A program made the position numbers and the translations under genes. A DNA stretch of 64,000 bases, from contig CAXXOA010000001.1 in NCBI GenBank assembly GCA_963666275.2, positions 960,001-1,024,000 of the forward strand, written 5' to 3'. Within the stretch, counting starts at the first letter, position 1, and each line of letters starts with the position of its first letter. This stretch comes from Oceanispirochaeta sp. (GTDB lineage Bacteria; Spirochaetota; Spirochaetia; DSM-2461). Positions 23,835 through 33,001 of this stretch are shown here, piece after piece. Under the pieces are notes generated by a model that had not been told where the DNA came from, ran no database searches, and worked only from the letters and a program-made list of their open reading frames with translations.

Positions 23835-24680
23835 ATGAATAATACAAAAGATAAAATCCCATTTCCGGGAATTGTGGCTGTGGATCTGGACGGCACACTT
23901 CTCAGGAGTGATCTCACCATAAGCGACAGGACCGTGGAAGCCTTTCACAGGATCCGTGAAAAGGGGAGTGTCCCTGTGATCAGCACCGGCAGAAGCTACG
24001 AAGCGGTTGCTGCGATTCAGAAGCGTCTGGATCTGGATACTCCGGTCATCTGCTACAACGGAGCCATGATCTGCGACGGACGGGACGGGCGGGTTCTGCA
24101 CGAGCTGCGGCTGCCTTCGGATGTTGCCAGAGGGGTACTGGCGGAAGCCAGGAAACGGGATCTTCACTACCAGGGATTCCTGGAGGGACAGCTCTATTAT
24201 GAGAAAAAACGGGAAGAGACCGACTACTATGAAGCCCAGACCGGTCTGACCGGAAAAGTCGTGAACTTTGATGACTGGGATGTCCTGGAATTCACAAAAG
24301 TTCTCCTCATCGCTAATCCCGGAAGAGAGTCCCGCTTGTGGCCCGAACTGACGGAAATGCAGGAGTTCGCGTCTGAAACCTTCGGAAGCAGGGTTTATAC
24401 GGCATTCTCCAAACCCTTCTACCTGGAGATGATCCATGGGGAAAGTTCCAAAGGACATGCGCTGAAGCAGCTGGGAGCTGATCTGGGGGTGCCCCGGGAA
24501 GCCATTGCCGCCTTCGGGGACGGATTCAATGATCTTGAGATGCTCTCCTATGCGGGCATCTCTGTCGCCATGGGCAACTCTCCCGATGAGGTCAGGGAAC
24601 AGACCCTTTACACCACTTCAGGGAATGATGAGGACGGGATTGCCCGGTTTCTGGAGGAGCATTTTCTCCGGGAGGGGTGA
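23835..24680 (+). CDS. Cof-type HAD-IIB hydrolase
   Basis: DLDGTLL, STGR, CYNGA, SKG, FGDGFNDLEML. Confidence 0.93.
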   Translation: MNNTKDKIPFPGIVAVDLDGTLLRSDLTISDRTVEAFHRIREKGSVPVISTGRSYEAVAAIQKRLDLDTPVICYNGAMICDGRDGRVLHELRLPSDVARGVLAEARKRDLHYQGFLEGQLYYEKKREETDYYEAQTGLTGKVVNFDDWDVLEFTKVLLIANPGRESRLWPELTEMQEFASETFGSRVYTAFSKPFYLEMIHGESSKGHALKQLGADLGVPREAIAAFGDGFNDLEMLSYAGISVAMGNSPDEVREQTLYTTSGNDEDGIARFLEEHFLREG

Positions 24681-24684
24681 AAAT

Positions 24685-24921
24685 TCAGAACAGGATTTCT
24701 TCGGGATATTTTCTGCGGAGAATCTCGATGACTTTCAGCATATCCACCTGATATTTTGTAAAGACATCCAGCTCCAGATGGAGATCCATCAGATCCCGGC
24801 CCTGGCGGACGCCGTTCATAATATAGTTCAGTTCCATATCCGAAAGGAGATGGGATATCTGCTGCCAGGCTGCCATCTGTATCTCTTCTCTCTGCTGTTC
24901 TATCCAGTCCTGAATGGTCAT
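24685..24921 (-). CDS. Small hypothetical protein (78 aa, helical)
   Basis: Fills gap, protein-like composition, promoter TTTACA-18-TATTCT-6-ATG. Confidence 0.65.
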   Translation of the reverse strand: MTIQDWIEQQREEIQMAAWQQISHLLSDMELNYIMNGVRQGRDLMDLHLELDVFTKYQVDMLKVIEILRRKYPEEILF

Positions 24922-25010
24922 AGAGGCAGAATAGCCTCTTTTCGAAGAGGATGTAAAGGATTAGACTTTGTAAGAGATCATGATCCAATGCTTCAGGGAG
25001 ACCTTATTGT

Positions 25011-25493
25011 ATGATTCCGGAAAAATTTATCAGCGGCCTTGATGAGCTGTGCATAGATGCTTCCAGTATGATTTATCTTCTGAAAACAGGGCTTCTGGGC
25101 TCTCTGGCGGCGGAGGTTAAACTCCTGGCACCTCCGGGGGTCATCGCCGAAACCGACTGGCCCCATCTGCCTGTGGAGGCTGTGGCGCCAGGGGATGAAG
25201 ATGCGGAGCTCTACACCAATGACCAGAGCCTGGTTGTGCTGGCCCGGGAAAGGAACAGCCCTGTGCTTTCCGAGGATTATGAAGTTCTGATGGATGCCCG
25301 GGAAAACAGCCTGGACTATTTCAATACCCTGATGATGCTGAACTATCTGCTCCTGAAGGGGCGGATTCAAAAAGAGGAATATCCCCTTTATCTGGAAAGG
25401 CTGAAAGAGTGCTCCCACTACAGTGAGAGGGTTCTCCGGGAGGGAGAACTTGTTCATCAGGAGGTTCTGACCTATATTGAAACCCATGCATGA
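25011..25493 (+). CDS. PIN-domain-like protein
   Basis: N-terminal strand plus IDASSMI, later ND and VLSED motifs matching PIN acidic residues. Confidence 0.6.
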   Translation: MIPEKFISGLDELCIDASSMIYLLKTGLLGSLAAEVKLLAPPGVIAETDWPHLPVEAVAPGDEDAELYTNDQSLVVLARERNSPVLSEDYEVLMDARENSLDYFNTLMMLNYLLLKGRIQKEEYPLYLERLKECSHYSERVLREGELVHQEVLTYIETHA

Positions 25494-26832
25494 TCACAAA
25501 AAGACCTTTGAAACCGATTCTATAGGACGTCTCCTGTTTAAAATGTCCCTTCCCGCTATGGTGGGGATGATGGCCAATGCTCTCTACAATCTGGTGGATA
25601 CCATTTTTGTCGGACAGGGTGTGGGATCCCATGGTATCGGCGGGCTAACCATCGCTTTTCCCATTCAGGCCCTGATCGGGGCTCTGGGGCTGACGTTCGG
25701 AACAGGCGCCGCGTCTATCATCTCCCGGAGGTTGGGAGAGAAAGATCCCGACACTGCCGCCAGGACCGCTGTCACGGCTTTTACCCTTGCCTTTCTGGCA
25801 AGCACTGTCATATTCCTGGGAGGAGAGATCTTTATCGATCCCCTGCTGAAGATCTTCGGTGCCACCGAAACACTCCTTCCCTATGCCCGGATCTATATGA
25901 GGATTATCCTGATAGGATCCTTCTTCCTGTCGGCAGCTATGGTGGGCAATAATGTCGTCCGTGCGGAAGGACAGCCTAAAATAGCCATGTTTACCATGAT
26001 GATCGGGGCAGGGCTGAATATCATCCTGGACCCGGTTTTTATTTTCGTCCTCCACATGGGGATTCAGGGCGCCGCTCTGGCAACCATTATCAGTCAGGCA
26101 TTCTCGGCTCTTTTCATACTGCGGTTTATGATAACGGGAAAGAGCCATCTCCCTTTAAAAGGGGAGTACCTGAAACTGAAGCTTCCTCTGGTCCTTGAAA
26201 TCTGCTCTCTGGGGATGCCCACCTTTATAAGGCAGGCAGGGCTGAGTTTTCTGGCGCTGGTCCTCAATAATGTTCTGAAAGTCTACGGGGGAGATCTGGG
26301 GATCGCCACCTACGGCATGATAAACAGGCTCTTTATGTTCACCCTTATGCCCGTATTCGGCGTTGTTCAGGGGTATCAGCCCATTGCGGGTTACAGTTAC
26401 GGTGCCAAACTCAGGGAACGCCTGGCGGAAGTGAACAAAAAAGGCATACAGGCCACCACACTGATGTCCTTCGGCGGATTCCTTGTTCTGGAGCTGTTTG
26501 CCCCCTTTCTGATCTCCGTTTTTACTCGTGATACTGAACTGATTGCCATGGCTGTCCCTTCTCTGCGGATTGCCTGTCTCTGTATATGGCTTCTGGGATT
26601 TCAGGTCATCGGTTCCACATTCTTTATGAGTATAGGCCGGGCCATGCCCGCCTTTTTTCTGGGACTTTCCAGACAGTTCGTCTTCCTGATTCCCCTGGTT
26701 CTGATCATTCCCCGGTTTCTGGGACTGAGGGGGGTATGGATCGCTCTTCCTCTGGCGGATCTGCTCTCTACCATCCTTACGGTGGTATGGTTTTATGCGG
26801 CCTGGAAAAATCTGAAGTTCCGCGAAAATTAA
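25486..26832 (+). CDS. MATE family efflux transporter (MepA-like)
   Basis: LYNLVDTIFVG, ISRRLG, RAEG, NIILDPVFIF, GAALAT, QPIAGYSYGA; about 12 TM segments. Confidence 0.93.
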   Translation: MHDHKKTFETDSIGRLLFKMSLPAMVGMMANALYNLVDTIFVGQGVGSHGIGGLTIAFPIQALIGALGLTFGTGAASIISRRLGEKDPDTAARTAVTAFTLAFLASTVIFLGGEIFIDPLLKIFGATETLLPYARIYMRIILIGSFFLSAAMVGNNVVRAEGQPKIAMFTMMIGAGLNIILDPVFIFVLHMGIQGAALATIISQAFSALFILRFMITGKSHLPLKGEYLKLKLPLVLEICSLGMPTFIRQAGLSFLALVLNNVLKVYGGDLGIATYGMINRLFMFTLMPVFGVVQGYQPIAGYSYGAKLRERLAEVNKKGIQATTLMSFGGFLVLELFAPFLISVFTRDTELIAMAVPSLRIACLCIWLLGFQVIGSTFFMSIGRAMPAFFLGLSRQFVFLIPLVLIIPRFLGLRGVWIALPLADLLSTILTVVWFYAAWKNLKFREN

Positions 26833-26916
26833 TGCCCGGTGTTTACAATAGAACTATATTCCGGTTACATTTCATCCGAAAATTAAGAAATATTAAGAAA
26901 TTATCAAGGAGTTATT

Positions 26917-27426
26917 ATGAAAAATCATAAAGCTGTTGCAGCTATACTCATATTGCTTATGCTTCCGGTTGCGGCTTTTTCCGCTACCGGTCTGGGTGCT
27001 GCCTTTACCTACGGACTTTCCCACGGGGACAATCACACAGGAGGAGCATTGAGTATCAATTCCCCTCTGATCCCCGGAACAGTTCAGAATGTGTCCTTCT
27101 CCTTCAATTCGGACTACTTCAATTTCAGTCTCTCCGATGACTGGTGGGTGATTCAGGAAAACCTGGCCAACACCCTGGATCTGTACATCGGACTGGGATT
27201 TTACGCCGGCGTCGCCCGGTATGAAGAGACCAAGGATGACAAAACAGATACAACCTACGACTTCGGTCTGGGAGCACGGGTTCCTGTCGGTCTGACCATG
27301 ATGCCCATAGACTTTGCCGAGCTGTTTTTCGAGATTGCTCCCGCCATGGGGCTGGGATTTGAACCGGAACTCTATTTTCCGTCCTGGTATGTTCAGGGAG
27401 CCCTAGGATTCCGTCTCTGGTTCTAA
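26917..27426 (+). CDS. Small outer-membrane beta-barrel (DUF3996-like)
   Basis: Signal peptide; GARVPVGL, ELFFEIAP, C-terminal GALGFRLWF. Confidence 0.7.
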   Translation: MKNHKAVAAILILLMLPVAAFSATGLGAAFTYGLSHGDNHTGGALSINSPLIPGTVQNVSFSFNSDYFNFSLSDDWWVIQENLANTLDLYIGLGFYAGVARYEETKDDKTDTTYDFGLGARVPVGLTMMPIDFAELFFEIAPAMGLGFEPELYFPSWYVQGALGFRLWF

Positions 27427-27921
27427 AGCCAGTTCCCAGTAACCCACATCGATCCAGCGGGAGAATTTATATCCCGTTTCGCTGAGGTGGGCGACTTTTT
27501 TGAAACCGAGTTTTTCATGGAGTCTCTGACTTCCCGGGTTGGGCAGGGCTACCACACCGTACACTCTGTGGTAGCCTTTCTGCTCCATCTGTTTAACAAG
27601 TTCCCTGTAGAGGGCCTCTCCCGCACCCGTCCGGGTTGCGGATCTGTCCACATAGATGGTGGATTCACAGGAGTGGGAGTAGGCCTTTCTGACCCTCCAC
27701 TGACTGGTATAGGCATAGCCTATCAGTTCTCCGTCTTTTTCCGCTGCAATCCACGGAAATCCGCCGCCTGTGATCTTCTCCATTCTTGAGGCGATCTCTT
27801 CGGGAGTGATGGTTTCCTCTTCAAAGGTAATAACAGTTTCTTTAATATAGTAGTTGTATATTTCGCAGATACGCCGGGCGTCTTCTTTCCTTGCCGGCCG
27901 TATGGTCAGTTGGTTCTTCAT
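27403..27921 (-). CDS. GNAT acetyltransferase, phosphinothricin/methionine-sulfoximine acetyltransferase family
   Basis: IYNYYIKETVITFEE, ESTIYV, LPNPGSQRLHEKLGF, GYKFSRWIDV. Confidence 0.9.
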   Translation of the reverse strand: MKNQLTIRPARKEDARRICEIYNYYIKETVITFEEETITPEEIASRMEKITGGGFPWIAAEKDGELIGYAYTSQWRVRKAYSHSCESTIYVDRSATRTGAGEALYRELVKQMEQKGYHRVYGVVALPNPGSQRLHEKLGFKKVAHLSETGYKFSRWIDVGYWELALEPETES

Positions 27922-27997
27922 CTCTGCAGTTTATCCATATCTGCGCTGTTTAGGCAAATACTTTTCGTATCCGCCGGATTCGGTTAGAATACAGGGT

Positions 27998-28471
27998 ATG
28001 GTAAAACCTTTTATTTCCGTTCTATTTCTGCTTGTCTGCAGCCTCTCTTCTCTGGCCGCTTCGGATGGATTTCCCGACTCTCTTTTCGGGGGCTATCAGG
28101 ACTATCTGGGCAATACCCCCGACCAGGTCATTCAGACCCTGGGGGCGCCTGATAACATGATGGTTTATCAGGGCCAGGAGGATGCCTTCGGGAGTGTGGT
28201 ATTTGAATATGACGATTCGCCAACCCTGTTCTGGATAGACAACAGAGTATGGCAGCTCAGGCTGGACAGGGACTTCCTTCTGGCAAATATTCCCGCCCTG
28301 TCTGAGATTACAAGAGACTCCCTCCTGCGGGACGGGAGCTCTCCCTATCTTCAGGAGGAGGATCTTCTTGTCTTCAACCTTGAGGACGCTGCATTTCCCA
28401 CAGGATGCGCTTTCTATTTCTCCCAGGAGGGAATCCTGGAGGATCTTTATATTTTCAGGAGAGATTACTGA
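27998..28471 (+). CDS. Exported hypothetical protein
   Basis: Signal peptide from ATG 27998; TPDQVIQTLGAPD resembles BamE/BLIP-like motif; stop overlaps aroDE start. Confidence 0.65.
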   Translation: MVKPFISVLFLLVCSLSSLAASDGFPDSLFGGYQDYLGNTPDQVIQTLGAPDNMMVYQGQEDAFGSVVFEYDDSPTLFWIDNRVWQLRLDRDFLLANIPALSEITRDSLLRDGSSPYLQEEDLLVFNLEDAAFPTGCAFYFSQEGILEDLYIFRRDY

Positions 28472-29913
28472 TGACCCGACTCTGTCTTACCCTGACCGGA
28501 AAAACTCTGGAGGAGAATCTATCCCTTCTGAATGATCTCAAACCGGATCTTGCAGAACTCAGGATCGATCTGCTGGAGACCATAGAGGCTGAGGAGATCG
28601 CTCTTTTTCCTGCACAGACCGGGGTTCCTCTGATTCTGACCTGCAGAAAGGAGGAGGACGGCGGTTTGTGGAAGGGTTCCGGCCGGGAGCGGGAGGATCT
28701 CCTGCTCCACTGTATGGACGGGGCCTTTGCCTACATCGATCTGGAAGAGGATGAATACTCGAAGAAGCTTGTGGAGAAGGCCCTGAATACAGGCTGCCTT
28801 GTGATCCGGTCCATCCATGATTTCCAGGCTGTTCCGGATGATCTGCCATCCCGCCTTGAAGCGATGTCCTCACGGGGGGATTTTGTCAAAGCCGCTGTCA
28901 TGCCGAAAGGGATAAAAGACCTGATAAGGATCTTCCGTATCGGCATGGAATGGGAGACAGACAATCTGATTCTTCTGGGAATGGGGGACTTCGGTGTACC
29001 TTCCCGTATCCTGGCATGCCGGGCCGGCAGCTATCTGACCTTCTGTTCCGCCGGAGGAACCCGCTCCGGGGCGCCCGGGCATATGACCCTGGACACTCTG
29101 AGGGATCTCTACAGGGTGGGAGAGATAGACAGGGATACAGAACTGTACGGCATAATAGGGAATCCTGTGCTTCATACCAAATCTCCTCTTATACACAATC
29201 AGGGACTCCGGAAGATAGGCCGGAACGGGGTCTATGTTCCTTTTACAGTGGATGATCCGGAGGATTTCTTTCAGCTGGCCGAGCTGCTGGGACTGAAAGG
29301 CTTTTCCGTAACGGTGCCCCATAAACAGGGGGTCATTCCTTTTCTGGACCATTGCAGCGAAGGGGTGGAAAAAGTGGGCGCCTGCAATACCGTTGTCAGA
29401 GAGTCCGGCGGATGGGCAGGATACAATACGGATGTACACGGCTTCATTGCTCCTCTGAAACAGGAGCTGGGAGATCTGGAAGGGTTGAAAGCCGCGGTTC
29501 TGGGAGCAGGCGGAGCCGCCAGAGCCGTTGTTTATGCCCTTGTGAAAGAGAAGTGCCGAACCCGGGTTTTTAACAGAACCTCTTCAAAAGCGGCCGCCCT
29601 GGCAGAGCATATGGGATGTGAATCCGGATCGCTGGAAGATTTTGCCGCACTGGAGCCGGGCCATTTTGATCTTATCGTTCAAACCACCAGTTCCGGGATG
29701 GAAGGGGCGTCGGGTCCGGACAATCCGGTTCCCGCCTATTCCTTCAGAGGGGATGAAGTCCTTTATGATATTATCTACACCCCTCCGGTCACCGGGCTTA
29801 TGAAAAAAGCAGCAGACGCGGGATGCCGGGTTCTGGGAGGATGGCCCATGCTTGTGGAGCAGGCGAGAGAGCAGTTCCGTCTGTTTACCCGTGAGGAACT
29901 GCCTGAAAACTAA
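28471..29913 (+). CDS. aroE: Bifunctional type I 3-dehydroquinate dehydratase / shikimate dehydrogenase (AroD-AroE fusion)
   Basis: ELRID, TCR, SIHDF, MG, APG (AroD); GNPVLHTKSPLIHN, SVTVPHK, GACNT, NTD, GAGGAARA (AroE). Confidence 0.92.
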   Translation: MTRLCLTLTGKTLEENLSLLNDLKPDLAELRIDLLETIEAEEIALFPAQTGVPLILTCRKEEDGGLWKGSGREREDLLLHCMDGAFAYIDLEEDEYSKKLVEKALNTGCLVIRSIHDFQAVPDDLPSRLEAMSSRGDFVKAAVMPKGIKDLIRIFRIGMEWETDNLILLGMGDFGVPSRILACRAGSYLTFCSAGGTRSGAPGHMTLDTLRDLYRVGEIDRDTELYGIIGNPVLHTKSPLIHNQGLRKIGRNGVYVPFTVDDPEDFFQLAELLGLKGFSVTVPHKQGVIPFLDHCSEGVEKVGACNTVVRESGGWAGYNTDVHGFIAPLKQELGDLEGLKAAVLGAGGAARAVVYALVKEKCRTRVFNRTSSKAAALAEHMGCESGSLEDFAALEPGHFDLIVQTTSSGMEGASGPDNPVPAYSFRGDEVLYDIIYTPPVTGLMKKAADAGCRVLGGWPMLVEQAREQFRLFTREELPEN

Positions 29914-30152
29914 TAGCCTATGGAACGGAGCAGCGGAATCATTACCACACAGAATATGAGACCGCAGAAGGCCAGAAACCCGGTGAGGCTGATTAATATC
30001 AGATCCAGTCTGCTGAAATCGCCCTGATTTTTTCCCGCTTTTTTCCTTTTTGAAAAAGGGTTGGCGGGTAGTTTCATTTTCCTGGCTTTCTCTTTTATAT
30101 TTTCCTGCGCTTCTGCAGCAGGTTCCTGATTCTCTATTATTTCTTCGGTCAT
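29910..30152 (-). CDS. Small protein with one C-terminal TM helix
   Basis: Acidic then basic N-terminus and hydrophobic C-terminal segment; start at MTEEII. Confidence 0.6.
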   Translation of the reverse strand: MTEEIIENQEPAAEAQENIKEKARKMKLPANPFSKRKKAGKNQGDFSRLDLILISLTGFLAFCGLIFCVVMIPLLRSIGY

Positions 30153-30291
30153 AATACGTATACCCCGATGGATTGTTTCTCTATGATTTTTCCAATGCCT
30201 GTATGATAGCTCTTTTCTCTTTTCCCGTAAAGGATCCTTTGCATTATAATAGATAGGAGAGGACGCAGTTTCCGGGAATGAGGAGGGGTTT

Positions 30292-31269
30292 ATGACATAC
30301 AGCGCCATTCTTCTGGCAGGATACAACAACAGGCGAGCTGTAGAGAAATACAGCCGGATGGTTGCAGAGAGCTACCATGAAAAATACATTGAGACAGGGT
30401 ACAAGCCCTTAAGGGAGTTTACCCTCCATCATCACGGCAGGAATGTCTCCAAACCTCTGATACAGTTTACCCTGGAGGAACTGCTGGGAATGGAGCAGAT
30501 CCGGGAAGTGGTGATCCTGGGAAATAAAACCCTCCTTGAAAACAGGCTCCTCCCTCTTTTGGAGGCGCAGGAAAAGCCCTGGAAAATCCTGGACCAGAAA
30601 TCGGCCCTGAGCAGCGCTGTCCTCGAAAGATTCGGTCTGGAGGGGAGGAATTTCCCTGTAGAATCCATTGCCGGGAATATCCTGAAAGGCTACAGTGCCT
30701 CCTCCGCATCAAACAGGAGAGAACCCGCCCTGTTTATCGCCTCTGATTCTCCCATGACCGACAGGGAATTTATCGGGGCATTCCTCAGGGAATCCGAGGC
30801 TCTGCCGGAGGACGCCGGTATTATCCTGCCGGCGGTCCCCGTGGGGCTTCTGCGGGACCGGATGGGCAGACGCCCCCTGCTGCTTATCAATGATACGGAA
30901 AAATCCCTTTCCTGCCGGAAAGACCTCCACGGCCGCTGCGGGTTCCGGCTCTCATCCCTTCTCCTCTGCCGCCTGGATGGGGTGGATGTGCCCAGGATCA
31001 ATGACATCTACAGCATGAGAAAGGCTCTGAGTCCCAAAGTACAGCTTCAGATTTTCAGGATCTGCCGGGATCTGGGTTACCCCGGTCTGTACCGGAAGTA
31101 TTTCAGGCAGAAAAATCTTTCTATCCGGGAGTGTGAAAACATTCTGTCCCGTTTTGTGGGCGCCCGGGTCATGGCTCTTCCCATAGAAGGGGAGAAGACA
31201 ACCTATGATTATGACGGTACCCGGAAAGAGCTGAAAAAACTGACCCGTATGCTGAGAAGAAAAGTATAA
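30292..31269 (+). CDS. MobA/GlmU-like nucleotidyltransferase-fold protein
   Basis: AILLAG start, KPLIQFTL, IASDSP, terminal DYD. Confidence 0.6.
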   Translation: MTYSAILLAGYNNRRAVEKYSRMVAESYHEKYIETGYKPLREFTLHHHGRNVSKPLIQFTLEELLGMEQIREVVILGNKTLLENRLLPLLEAQEKPWKILDQKSALSSAVLERFGLEGRNFPVESIAGNILKGYSASSASNRREPALFIASDSPMTDREFIGAFLRESEALPEDAGIILPAVPVGLLRDRMGRRPLLLINDTEKSLSCRKDLHGRCGFRLSSLLLCRLDGVDVPRINDIYSMRKALSPKVQLQIFRICRDLGYPGLYRKYFRQKNLSIRECENILSRFVGARVMALPIEGEKTTYDYDGTRKELKKLTRMLRRKV

Positions 31270-31373
31270 AATTAGGATCAAATTGATTGATCATAACATA
31301 AATAAAAGGTTAAAATATTTATGTAATTGTCATATTGAATGGCAATAATCTATGGAAATGTAAGGGGTCAGAC

Positions 31374-32471
31374 ATGAAGCAGACAGCTCTTCACGCTCTG
31401 CATATCGAGGCGGGAGCCAAAATGGTTCCATTTGCAGGTTGGGAAATGCCTCTCTATTACGGGAACGGAGCCACAGAGGAGCACAGGCTGGTCCGCAGAA
31501 GTGCCGGGCTCTTTGATGTCTCCCATATGGGAACTTTCAGGATAGGCGGAAAAGGATCAGAAGCTTTTCTGGACCGGATGATCACCTCGGCGGTCAGGGA
31601 GATCGCTCCGGGAAATTCAGGATACGGACTCCTTCTGAACGAACAGGGCACAGCTCTGGACGATGTGTTTCTGTACAGGATTACCGGCGACGAGTGGATT
31701 CTTGTGGTAAATGCCTCCAATCTTGAAAAAGACTGGGCCTGGCTTGAGAAACACGCAGGAGATTTCGACTGTTCTCTGGAGGATACTTCCTCTCATACAT
31801 CTCTTCTTGCCTTTCAGGGGCCTCAGGTTATCGGCTGTCTTGAAAAACTCACAGGTGAGAGTCTGGCCGACTGGAAAAGGTTTGCTGTAAAAGATTTTTC
31901 CTGGGAGGGGATTTCCTTCCGCTGCGGAAGAACAGGGTATACCGGAGAAGACGGTGTGGAAATTTTTGTCCATAATGACAGAGCCTGTGAGCTGTGGCAG
32001 AAAATCCTTGAAAAAGGACAGGCCTACTGCGAAGTTGCTCCCTGCGGTCTGGCCGCCCGTGACAGCCTCCGGTTTGAACCGGGATTTCCCCTCTACGGCC
32101 ATGAACTGAATGAGACCGTCCTTCCTCCGGAAGCCCTGTTGAAATGGGCCTGCGATTTCTCCACACCCTTTATGGGAAAAGAAGCTGTAGAGAGCCTGCT
32201 CGAAAAGGGACTGGAGCGGAAACTGATGACATTCAAACTGATCGACAAGGGGGTTCCCCGGGAGGGCTATGAGATCCTTGCTGAAGACGGAACAGTTATC
32301 GGTGAAGTTGTGAGCGGTCTGTACGCCCCTACGGTGGATCTTTACTGCGGGAACGGTTTTGTCCCCGCCGAATACTGCAAAGCCGGTACAAAGATAGGAA
32401 TCAGCGTCCGGAGACGGGTTAAAGCGGCGGAAGTTGTCAAACGTCCTTTATATAAACCAAGTTACCGTTAA
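31374..32471 (+). CDS. gcvT: Glycine cleavage T protein
   Basis: FAGWEMP, GLFDVSHMG, RTGYTGEDG, GLAARDSLR. Confidence 0.96.
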   Translation: MKQTALHALHIEAGAKMVPFAGWEMPLYYGNGATEEHRLVRRSAGLFDVSHMGTFRIGGKGSEAFLDRMITSAVREIAPGNSGYGLLLNEQGTALDDVFLYRITGDEWILVVNASNLEKDWAWLEKHAGDFDCSLEDTSSHTSLLAFQGPQVIGCLEKLTGESLADWKRFAVKDFSWEGISFRCGRTGYTGEDGVEIFVHNDRACELWQKILEKGQAYCEVAPCGLAARDSLRFEPGFPLYGHELNETVLPPEALLKWACDFSTPFMGKEAVESLLEKGLERKLMTFKLIDKGVPREGYEILAEDGTVIGEVVSGLYAPTVDLYCGNGFVPAEYCKAGTKIGISVRRRVKAAEVVKRPLYKPSYR

Positions 32472-32501
32472 AATAGAAAAGAGAAAAAGAAACAGGAGAT
32501 T

Positions 32502-32882
32502 GTGAACATGGAGATCAAGTATTCGAAAACTCATGAATGGGCAGGCAAAGAGGGCGATCTTTTTATCTGCGGGCTCAGCGATTACGCACAGGACAAAATC
32601 GGCGATGTTGTATTCGTCGAACTTCCCGAAGTGGGAAAAGAAGTAAAACAGGATGAACCCTTCGGCGTCATTGAATCGGTTAAAGCCGCCAATGATCTGT
32701 ACTCTCCCCTGAACGGAGAAGTCGTTGAGGTCAATGAGGAGCTGGAAGATCAGCCCGAACTTGTAAACTCTTCTCCTCTGTCAGAAGGATGGATCTGCAA
32801 AATCAAAGTTTCCGATGACAGTTTTGACAAACTTATGACGGAAGATGAGTATAAAGCGTTTCTGGAAGAACAGGACGATTAA
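32502..32882 (+). CDS. gcvH: Glycine cleavage H protein
   Basis: HEW, GDVVFVELP, IESVKAA (lipoyl Lys), PELVN. Confidence 0.96.
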   Translation: MNMEIKYSKTHEWAGKEGDLFICGLSDYAQDKIGDVVFVELPEVGKEVKQDEPFGVIESVKAANDLYSPLNGEVVEVNEELEDQPELVNSSPLSEGWICKIKVSDDSFDKLMTEDEYKAFLEEQDD

Positions 32883-33001
32883 AAAGGGGCTGCCGGCAGG
32901 CAGCCGGTGCCTTTTTAATCAAAGCGTCAGGTATCTTTTTCTCCGAAAAAGTACCGGGAGCGCAATAAAGATTAAGAAAAGGGAATCAGGAGTTTATTAA
33001 G

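Noticed and set aside
27403..27426. 24-nt tail-to-tail overlap of barrel and GNAT genes
   Set aside because: Short convergent overlaps recur here (29910-29913, 35750-35753) and reflect compact packing
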